Source: an uncultured Bacteroidota bacterium (lineage in GTDB: Bacteria; Bacteroidota; Bacteroidia; 2-12-FULL-35-15). From it: a stretch of 62,970 nt of DNA. The translations under genes were made by a program, and so were the position numbers. The stretch lies in contig CAIXIP010000220.1 in NCBI GenBank assembly GCA_903919535.1, positions 1 to 62,970 of the forward strand. The letters run 5' to 3'. The notes under the pieces are model-generated. The model was not told where the DNA came from, did no database searches, and saw nothing but the letters and a program-made list of their open reading frames with translations. This document shows, one piece after another, positions 55,490-62,970 of this stretch. The stretch's first letter is position 1; each line of letters begins with the position of its first letter.

Positions 55490-56815
55490 TTATTTGCTAA
55501 ACAGCCTAACAATATCGTTTCCATTGGCATACAACAACAATGCCAGCAACAATAGCATTCCAGCATATTGAGCATACTCCATTAACTTTTCATTTGGTTT
55601 TCTTCCTGTAATTACTTCGTAAAGTAAAAACATTACATGTCCACCATCTAAAGCTGGAATAGGCAACACGTTCATTATAGCCAACACAATACTTAAAAAT
55701 GCAGTGAATCCCCAAAAACGCTCCCAATCCCATGTAGTGCTATATGCCTTACCAATGGTCATAAATCCACCAATTTGTTTATGTGCACCTTTTACAGTGA
55801 AGATCACTTTCATTTGTTTTAGATAGTCATCAAACGTGTCGTGTGCCTTGTGAATTCCAGCAGGAAAAGCAGCTAAAAATCCGTAGTGAATAGTATCCAT
55901 CTTAAAAAATGAAGAAGGATCTTTCGGGAAAAATCCGATGTTTCCGTTTCCATTAACAGGAGTTCTGATTATCATTGTGTCATTGTTTCTTAACAGAACA
56001 ATGTTTGCTACTGTGTATGGATTTTTTCTTAAAACCTTTGTAACTTCATCGTGGAAGCGTGTTGGCTGACCATTAATTGAAATGATCTTATCTCCTTTTT
56101 TTATTCCCACTTTTGCTGCAGGGTCTTCGGGGGTTAGTGAGTCAACTATACATGGGAAGCGTGGAGCTATCAACATTGATTTTCCAGCTCCTTCAATCAT
56201 TTTAATGATATTATCTTCAGTAACAGGAATGTCTAGTTTTTTTCCTTCTCGCTCAACTTGTATGCTATGAGTTTCGTCCAATAGAATCACTTTTTGAATT
56301 TTATTAAAGTTTGGAACTTCAATATTGTTTACAGAAAGAATTTTATCTCCGTTTTTTAATCCCATTTCTATCCCTAGGCTATCCACAGCAATTCCATAGG
56401 TAGCATTTTGAGTTGGCAAGTATTCTTCGCCCCAGGCAAACAACACCATTGCATAAATTAACATTCCCAAAATCGCGTTTACCGTAACACCACCAAGCAT
56501 AATGATCAAACGTTGCCAAGCTGGTTTAGAGCGAAATTCCCAGTCTTGTGGAGGCAATTTCATTTGCTCCTTATCCATTGATTCATCAATCATTCCTGAA
56601 ATTTTCACATATCCTCCCAATGGCAACCAACCAATACCATATTCGGTTCCACCTTTTTTAAACTTGAACAATGAAAACCAAGGATCAAAGAATAAATAAA
56701 ATTTCTCAACACGTGTTTTAAATAATTTTGCAGGAACAAAATGTCCCATTTCGTGCAAAACAATAAGGATTGATAAGCTTAAAATAAATTGTGTTACTTG
56801 TGTTAATACTTCCAT
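55490..56815 (-). CDS. rseP: RIP metalloprotease RseP (site-2 protease)
   Basis: 441 aa. HEMGHF zinc motif in TM1, two PDZ-like segments, C-terminal LDGGH. Confidence 0.9.
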   Translation of the reverse strand: MEVLTQVTQFILSLSILIVLHEMGHFVPAKLFKTRVEKFYLFFDPWFSLFKFKKGGTEYGIGWLPLGGYVKISGMIDESMDKEQMKLPPQDWEFRSKPAWQRLIIMLGGVTVNAILGMLIYAMVLFAWGEEYLPTQNATYGIAVDSLGIEMGLKNGDKILSVNNIEVPNFNKIQKVILLDETHSIQVEREGKKLDIPVTEDNIIKMIEGAGKSMLIAPRFPCIVDSLTPEDPAAKVGIKKGDKIISINGQPTRFHDEVTKVLRKNPYTVANIVLLRNNDTMIIRTPVNGNGNIGFFPKDPSSFFKMDTIHYGFLAAFPAGIHKAHDTFDDYLKQMKVIFTVKGAHKQIGGFMTIGKAYSTTWDWERFWGFTAFLSIVLAIMNVLPIPALDGGHVMFLLYEVITGRKPNEKLMEYAQYAGMLLLLALLLYANGNDIVRLFSK

Positions 56816-56847
56816 TTTTTAATTTGTTCAGTTTTTTAAATTTATTT

Positions 56848-58005
56848 TTAAATTAATTCGTTCGCAAATTGCCTTGTTGCTAAATCTGTTTCAACATAAT
56901 CGTCATAGCTTGGCTTTGCAATAAAACTTACTGTTTGCAAACATTTTTCAACGACATCGCTCATTTCTAAAAATCCAATTTTGTCTTTTAAAAATGCATT
57001 TACGGCAATTTCGTTTGCTGCATTTAATATACAAGGAGAGTTACCCCCTTTGTTCATCGCCTCAAAAGCGAGTGCAAGATTACGAAATGTTTTTGTATCA
57101 ACTTGCTCAAATGTGAGTTGAGGATAGTTAAAAAAACTAAAACGAGGAAAATCAGATTTCATCCGATTAGGATAGCCTAAAGCGTACTGAATCGGCAATT
57201 TCATATCAGGCAAACCCATTTGAGCTTTCATGCTTCCGTCAGTAAATTGTACTAAAGAGTGTACAATACTTTGCGGATGCACAATCACATCAATTTGTTC
57301 GGGTTTAAGGTTAAACAACCACTTTGCTTCGATTACCTCTAATCCTTTATTCATCAATGATGCAGAATCGATTGTGATTTTTGCACCCATCTCCCAATTA
57401 GGATGTTTTAAGGCTTGCTCCTTTTTTACTGTTGCTAAAAAGTTTTTATCTTTTCCTCTAAATGGTCCACCGGAAGCGGTTAAATAGATTTTTTCGATCG
57501 GGTTGTGAAACTCTCCTGCTAGACATTGAAAAATTGCGGAATGTTCAGAATCAACAGGGTAAAGATTTACTCCTTTTTCTTTTGCGAGATTTGTTACCAG
57601 ATCACCAGCAACAACAAGCGTTTCTTTATTTGCTAAAGCAATTTGTTTTCCTGCTTTGATTGCCGAAATTGTTGATTCCAATCCGGCATAACCAACAATA
57701 GCAGCAAGTACCATGTTTACGCTATCCATCTGAACAATTTCTGCAATTGCTTTATTACCCGCAAATACTTTTATATCGTAAGATTGCAATGCTTCTTTTA
57801 CATAAGCATATTTGCTTTCATCAGCAATTACAACTGAATTTGGATTAAATTCAATGGCTTGTTTTATAAGTAGATCAGCATTTCCATTCCCCGTTAACAC
57901 CTCAACAACAAATGAATCGGGATTTGCCCGAATAACATCAAGCGCCTGTGTTCCAATAGAACCGGTGCTTCCAAGTATCGCTATGTTTTTTTTATTTTCT
58001 GACAT
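56848..58005 (-). CDS. dxr: 1-deoxy-D-xylulose-5-phosphate reductoisomerase
   Basis: 385 aa. ILGSTGSIGTQALDV, LANKE, DSEHSAIFQC and NKGLEVIEA. Confidence 0.95.
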   Translation of the reverse strand: MSENKKNIAILGSTGSIGTQALDVIRANPDSFVVEVLTGNGNADLLIKQAIEFNPNSVVIADESKYAYVKEALQSYDIKVFAGNKAIAEIVQMDSVNMVLAAIVGYAGLESTISAIKAGKQIALANKETLVVAGDLVTNLAKEKGVNLYPVDSEHSAIFQCLAGEFHNPIEKIYLTASGGPFRGKDKNFLATVKKEQALKHPNWEMGAKITIDSASLMNKGLEVIEAKWLFNLKPEQIDVIVHPQSIVHSLVQFTDGSMKAQMGLPDMKLPIQYALGYPNRMKSDFPRFSFFNYPQLTFEQVDTKTFRNLALAFEAMNKGGNSPCILNAANEIAVNAFLKDKIGFLEMSDVVEKCLQTVSFIAKPSYDDYVETDLATRQFANELI

Positions 58006-58096
58006 AATTTTTATACATCCTAAACCTACTAAAATCCTTAATTAACGCAGCTAACCTTATATTTATTCGATTCAAACACAGATTCTTAAATCGTAG

Positions 58097-58966
58097 TTAA
58101 AATACCATATAATCTTGCGGGTCAATTGGATCGCCATTGTACCATAATTCAAAATGTAAATGTGGTCCGGTTGTTTGTTCTCCCGAATTTCCAATGATGG
58201 CAATAGGTTCTCCCGCTTTTACATAATCTCCCACTTTTTTTAATAATACAGAGTTGTGTTTATAAACTGAAATTAGATTATTACTATGTTGAACAGTAAT
58301 TGTGTATCCTGTTTCTGACGACCATGTTGCCAGGATTACTGTGCCATCCAAAGTTGCTTTAATAGCCTCGTTTTCGGGACCAACCACATCAATTCCAAAA
58401 TGCTGTTCATTTGTTTTGTATGAACTTGAAATGACGCCTTTTAGAGGAGTAAAAAAGAAAAAGTTACTGATACCGCTTTTGTTTGTTTCGGTTCCATAAG
58501 CAAGACTGTATTGATCTTCGGACTCAATATTTTTTTTGAGTGCATCTTCTTTTGCGGAAGCATTTACATTCAGTTTTTTGTAATCTTTGTTTTTATCAGG
58601 TTTGTTCTGAATACTGTCGCTTTTTACATTTCCTTTAAGTACATCACTTATGTTTTCCATAAAAGCATTTCGTTCAACAAGTGCTTGTTCTAATGAATCA
58701 CTTTTTAAGGTCAGGCGAATCAGATCTCTTCTTACACCAACATCGGCATAACCCGGAATGTATTCCCTCAAAGGTGTAAAAGCAATAATGGAAGTAACAA
58801 ACATGATCATTAGAATAGTTATGGAACCAACTAAGATCACTAATCCGAATGGAGTAAGACGCAAAGATATTTTTTCTTCGAACGTATCATCATTCATCAC
58901 TACCAATCGGTAGCGATGATGTAAACGCTGAAGAAATTTACTTTTATTGTCTTTTTGTACGGTCAT
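58097..58966 (-). CDS. M23-family metallopeptidase with N-terminal membrane anchor
   Basis: 289 aa. TM helix; HFGIDV and GPHLHFELW motifs. Confidence 0.85.
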   Translation of the reverse strand: MTVQKDNKSKFLQRLHHRYRLVVMNDDTFEEKISLRLTPFGLVILVGSITILMIMFVTSIIAFTPLREYIPGYADVGVRRDLIRLTLKSDSLEQALVERNAFMENISDVLKGNVKSDSIQNKPDKNKDYKKLNVNASAKEDALKKNIESEDQYSLAYGTETNKSGISNFFFFTPLKGVISSSYKTNEQHFGIDVVGPENEAIKATLDGTVILATWSSETGYTITVQHSNNLISVYKHNSVLLKKVGDYVKAGEPIAIIGNSGEQTTGPHLHFELWYNGDPIDPQDYMVF

Positions 58967-59166
58967 ATAACTTACAAATATCGGTAAAATTTTTGGTAGC
59001 CAACCGCATAATTAAAACGACATGAGAGCGAATAATTATGATTTATAGGGTTTTTTCCCAAAAAATAAAATATTTTTGTGTTTTCGCAGTTATGTAGTGT
59101 TATTCTTTTAACAAAAACTGTAGAATTAGTTATTGCATTTATATAAATGCGAATAGAAAAATTTGG

Positions 59167-61821
59167 ATGAAAAACAGAACATATTTTTACGCTAGATTAA
59201 TTATTTTATTTTCCTTATTTCTAATCATTGGCGGGTGTAAAACTACTAAAAACACTTTCATGCATAGAGGTTGGCATAATATGAATGCCCGCTATAATGG
59301 TTATTATTATTCAAGAGAAAACATAAAAGAATCAGTTAAAAAAGTTGAGAAGGCCAACAAGGATGATTTTTCAAAAGCAATTCCTCTTTTTATTGTTACA
59401 ACAAACGAAAATGCGAAAAGTTATTATGCAGACTTTGATAAAACCATTAAAAAATCGTCAACAGTAATTCAACGACATGCAATAACAAACAAAAAAACGA
59501 AGGAAGAAATTCCGAATGCTTGCCGATGGATTGATGAAAATTATATGCTTATCGGGAAAGCCCATTTTTATAAACGAGATTTCTTTTCTGCGTTAGAAGC
59601 GTTTGAATATGTTTCAAAAAAATATCCAAATCCGGAAGCCAAATATGGTGCAATGCTTTGGATGGTAAGAACCAATAATGAGATTGGTAGCCTTTCTCAA
59701 TCAGAGCCAATAATTGATGAATTAAGAAATGCCAAAGATTTTCCTACTGATAGAGATTATCAACAGCAATTGGCATCCTATTCGGCCGATTATTTTATAA
59801 AACGTCAAGATTATTCACCTGCAATAAAACAGCTAACTAAAGCAATCGCTTTTACAAAAAACAAACCAACACGAGCTCGTTTCACCTACGTTTTGGCGCA
59901 ATTATATGAAAAAGAAGGTGATAGCAAAAAAGCTTCTATGTATTATGGAATGGTTCCGAAGCTCCACCCTCCTTATGAAATGGTTTTTAATGCCCAGATC
60001 AATCATGCAAAATTATTTGATCCGGAATCGGGTGATACTAAAGGAATAAAAAAACAATTACAAAAAATGCTGAAAGACGATAAGAATATCGAATATCGCG
60101 ATCAGATTTACTACACACTTGCAGAGATTGCCTATAAGGAAAAGGAAACTCCTTTAGCGCTTGATTATTTGAACAAATCGATTAGGGCCAGTGTTTCAAA
60201 TGTTACACAAAAGTCGTTATCGTACCTGAAACGTGCTGACATTTATTTTGATAAACTTGATTACAAGGCTGCCCAAGCGAATTATGATAGCACAATGACT
60301 TTTTTGCCAAAAGATTACCCAAACTACAGTTTGATTGAAGCAAAAAAGAAAAGCTTGACCTCGTTAGTTGTAAATCTTAACATTATTACTCTTGAAGATA
60401 GTTTGCAGGTTTTGGCAAAGCTGGATGATAAAGGAAGAGATGCTGTTATTGAAAAAATGATTGCCAAAATTGAGGAAGCAGAAAAACAAAAAGAAGAAGA
60501 AAAACAAAATCAATTACTTTATCAACAACAAAACCAAACAACAACAACAAATGCTACCACCCAATCAAGCTCCTGGTATTTTTATAATCCAACAACTCTC
60601 AATTTTGGAGTTGCAGAGTTTACAAAAAAGTGGGGAAGCCGCAAGTTGGAAGATAATTGGCGCAGAAGTGAAAAAGATCAAGTAATGGCTAGTAATCTGT
60701 TTGAAGAAAACGGGAATGTTGCAGATTCAACAGAAAACAATGGAAATGCAGCTAACGGTAAAGGGGCATCAAAAAACAAGAAGGATAAAAATTATTACTT
60801 GAAAAACATTCCGCTAACTTCTGATGCGCTTGCTAAGTCGAATCAAAAAATTGTTGAAGCATATTATAATGTAGGCTCTATTTATAAAGAGCAATTATTA
60901 AACAATAATAAATCAGTGGAGGCACTTGAAGAATTGCTAAGACGTTATCCAGAGAACAAATATAAATTAGCTTCCTATTACCAGTTGTATCGCACATATT
61001 TGGCAATGAACAATAAGACTAAATCGGATTATTATAAAAATTTGATCTTAAATAATAACCCTGATAGTGAATATGCAAAAATTATCACAAACCCTGATTT
61101 TGCAAAAGATATTGTTGCTAATAAAAGCCAGGTAGAAAAATTTTATACCGAAACATATCAGTTATATACGGATGCGAATTATTTGCCAGCATTAGCAAAT
61201 TGTAAAAAGGCGGATACCTTGTATTCAAAAAGTTATTTGATGCCACAATTTGCCTTTATCAAAGCGTTGTGTATTGGAAGAACACAAGATATTAATGCGT
61301 TTGAAGCTTCTTTAACACAAGTTGTCATAAAATATCCCAAAGAACCTGTAAAAGATAAAGCACAAGAAATGCTCGATTTGATCAAAAAACAGAAAACTCC
61401 GATTGCACCCGCTTCAACTTCTGAATCAATAGACACGACTAAAAAGGAAAAACCAAAATTTATTTTTAAAGAAGAAGGCGAATACTATTGGGTAGCCATT
61501 ATAGAAAACGGGAAAGGCGATATTAATAAATTTAAAATAAAACTTTCTGATGCAAATTCTGAGTCCTTTGGTATGGAAGATTTAACTATCTCAAGCATTT
61601 TTTTGGACATAAATCATCAACTAATTAGTGTAAAAATGTTTGACGGAAAAGATAAAGCAATGAACTATTATAATTTTTATAAGGATAATAAAAAGGTGTT
61701 TACTGATCTGCAAGAAGGCTCTTTTCAATCGTTTATTATTTCAACTGACAATTATTCTATTTTTTACAAGGACAAAAACATTCAAGAGTATCAGCAGTTT
61801 TTTACTCAAAATTTTAAATAA
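59167..61821 (+). CDS. TPR lipoprotein, PorW/SprE-like T9SS/gliding component
   Basis: 884 aa. Lipobox IIGGC, N-terminal RGWHNMNARYNGYYY block, multiple TPR units. Size and the downstream bactofilin/atpZ neighbourhood fit PorW/SprE as remembered; unverified. Confidence 0.6.
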   Translation: MKNRTYFYARLIILFSLFLIIGGCKTTKNTFMHRGWHNMNARYNGYYYSRENIKESVKKVEKANKDDFSKAIPLFIVTTNENAKSYYADFDKTIKKSSTVIQRHAITNKKTKEEIPNACRWIDENYMLIGKAHFYKRDFFSALEAFEYVSKKYPNPEAKYGAMLWMVRTNNEIGSLSQSEPIIDELRNAKDFPTDRDYQQQLASYSADYFIKRQDYSPAIKQLTKAIAFTKNKPTRARFTYVLAQLYEKEGDSKKASMYYGMVPKLHPPYEMVFNAQINHAKLFDPESGDTKGIKKQLQKMLKDDKNIEYRDQIYYTLAEIAYKEKETPLALDYLNKSIRASVSNVTQKSLSYLKRADIYFDKLDYKAAQANYDSTMTFLPKDYPNYSLIEAKKKSLTSLVVNLNIITLEDSLQVLAKLDDKGRDAVIEKMIAKIEEAEKQKEEEKQNQLLYQQQNQTTTTNATTQSSSWYFYNPTTLNFGVAEFTKKWGSRKLEDNWRRSEKDQVMASNLFEENGNVADSTENNGNAANGKGASKNKKDKNYYLKNIPLTSDALAKSNQKIVEAYYNVGSIYKEQLLNNNKSVEALEELLRRYPENKYKLASYYQLYRTYLAMNNKTKSDYYKNLILNNNPDSEYAKIITNPDFAKDIVANKSQVEKFYTETYQLYTDANYLPALANCKKADTLYSKSYLMPQFAFIKALCIGRTQDINAFEASLTQVVIKYPKEPVKDKAQEMLDLIKKQKTPIAPASTSESIDTTKKEKPKFIFKEEGEYYWVAIIENGKGDINKFKIKLSDANSESFGMEDLTISSIFLDINHQLISVKMFDGKDKAMNYYNFYKDNKKVFTDLQEGSFQSFIISTDNYSIFYKDKNIQEYQQFFTQNFK

Positions 61822-61882
61822 TCGCTTGTTTTTTTAAATTTTTGGACTACTTTCGTTTAATTAATCATCAAAAATCATCAAA

Positions 61883-62299
61883 ATGTTCAATAAGGCTATG
61901 TCGAAAAATAACTCTTTAGAAAACCCTTCTGTAAATTTAATTGGTGCAGGCACCGTAATTGAAGGTGATATTACAACCAATGGTGATATTCGAATTGACG
62001 GTTCATTAACGGGTTCTATTAATGTAAAAGGGAAGTTAGTTGTTGGTGTTTCCGGAACTATTGAGGGGGAAATTATTTGTCAGAATGCAGATGTTTCAGG
62101 AACCATTAAAGGAAAAATAGGAGTAGCGGAGTTATTATCATTAAAAGCGTCATCAAAATTAACAGGAGATATTATAACTAATAAAATCGCTGTTGAGCCA
62201 GGTGCTACATTTTCAGGTTCGTGCAGCATGGGTGGTGTAATAAAAGATATAAAAGGTGAACGAACAGAAAAAACCAAACTTGCCGAAAAAACAGCTTAA
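61883..62299 (+). CDS. Bactofilin (polymer-forming cytoskeletal protein)
   Basis: 138 aa. Beta-helical repeats GDITTNGDIRIDGSLTGSINVKGKLVVGVSGTIEGEI. Confidence 0.85.
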   Translation: MFNKAMSKNNSLENPSVNLIGAGTVIEGDITTNGDIRIDGSLTGSINVKGKLVVGVSGTIEGEIICQNADVSGTIKGKIGVAELLSLKASSKLTGDIITNKIAVEPGATFSGSCSMGGVIKDIKGERTEKTKLAEKTA

Positions 62300-62486
62300 C
62301 AGCTATGCAAAGTATTCTGTTATGGGTTTTCAAATGGCGGCTATTATTTTAATAGGCGTTTATGGCGGAATAAAATTGGACACACTTTTAGGTTTAAAAA
62401 AATTCCCTGTTTTTACATTAGTACTATCTCTTTTGTCGGTATTTTTCGCGATGTATTATTTTATAAAAGATTTCATTAAAAAGTAA
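62256..62486 (+). CDS. AtpZ/AtpI-family small membrane protein
   Basis: 76 aa, GTG start that overlaps the bactofilin 3' end (a later start is possible). YAKYSVMGFQMAAIILIGVYGGIKLD pattern and 2 TM helices. Confidence 0.65.
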   Translation: MNEQKKPNLPKKQLNSYAKYSVMGFQMAAIILIGVYGGIKLDTLLGLKKFPVFTLVLSLLSVFFAMYYFIKDFIKK

Positions 62487-62487
62487 T

Positions 62488-62868
62488 ATGGGCGTTTCTT
62501 TAAGATCATTTTATATTTCCCTAGCAATATTTTCTTTAGCAGTATTAGGGGCTTTGCTTTTATTTCAACATTATGCATCTGCACGATTCCAAACTTCCTT
62601 TTTTTGGATCATTTGGGCTTTTTTTGTTGGCTCAACCGCATTAATTCATTTCATTTTAACTAAAGCAGCCGAACAGGATCCCAAAAAATTTGTGAACTAT
62701 TTTATGGGAATAACAGCCCTCAAATTATTTACATATTTAATAATAATTATGGTTTTCGGTTTGTTAAACCGCGACAATGCTATAGGTTTTATAATTTGTT
62801 TTTTAATCACCTATTTTTTATACAGCATTTTTGAAGTTGCAACTCTAATGAAGCACTTCAAAAAATAA
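62488..62868 (+). CDS. Small 4-TM membrane protein preceding the presumed ATP synthase operon
   Basis: 126 aa, four hydrophobic helices. Located after the atpZ-like gene. Confidence 0.5.
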   Translation: MGVSLRSFYISLAIFSLAVLGALLLFQHYASARFQTSFFWIIWAFFVGSTALIHFILTKAAEQDPKKFVNYFMGITALKLFTYLIIIMVFGLLNRDNAIGFIICFLITYFLYSIFEVATLMKHFKK

Positions 62869-62970
62869 TTTAATCTGCTTTTTTTCCTTGTTGAACTCCC
62901 AAGAGAGTCGATTCGTTTTGATTTTTGTGTTTATCAGATTTCTTTTAGAAAGCAGCTTGATTTTATGCAT

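Overview
This is a low-GC, Bacteroidota-type chromosomal segment. The supporting signs are T9SS type A and type B C-terminal sorting domains, a PorW/SprE-like TPR lipoprotein, TAnnTTTG-like -7 promoter boxes and several TTG/GTG starts. Most of the window is ordinary housekeeping DNA, including dut, tatA, gatA, kup, pheS, pepD, rseP, dxr, cell-wall hydrolases, TPR proteins and an atpZ-like leader of the ATP synthase operon. The exception is 26000-40989, a roughly 14.9 kb integrative island inserted in the 3' part of a tRNA-Asn(GTT) gene. It is bounded by 91-nt direct repeats with 2 mismatches. From right to left the island carries a tyrosine integrase, a RadC-like JAB protein, and a Sak4/AAA_24-like ATPase translationally overlapped with an unknown 333-aa protein. 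It then carries a 718-aa SF2-helicase-like protein whose motif I lacks the P-loop lysine, and a complete type I restriction-modification operon (hsdM-hsdS-hsdR). A small XRE-type HTH gene precedes that operon, and its promoter region shares GTAATA/TATTAC half-sites with the hsdM promoter. Divergent from the HTH gene is a three-gene envelope operon (2-TM protein, bitopic membrane protein, two-domain lipoprotein) of unknown function. The best candidates for an undescribed system are the unknown genes packed around the R-M operon. No CRISPR array, rRNA, transposase or relaxase was seen. All family names come from motifs read in the translations; no database search was run.
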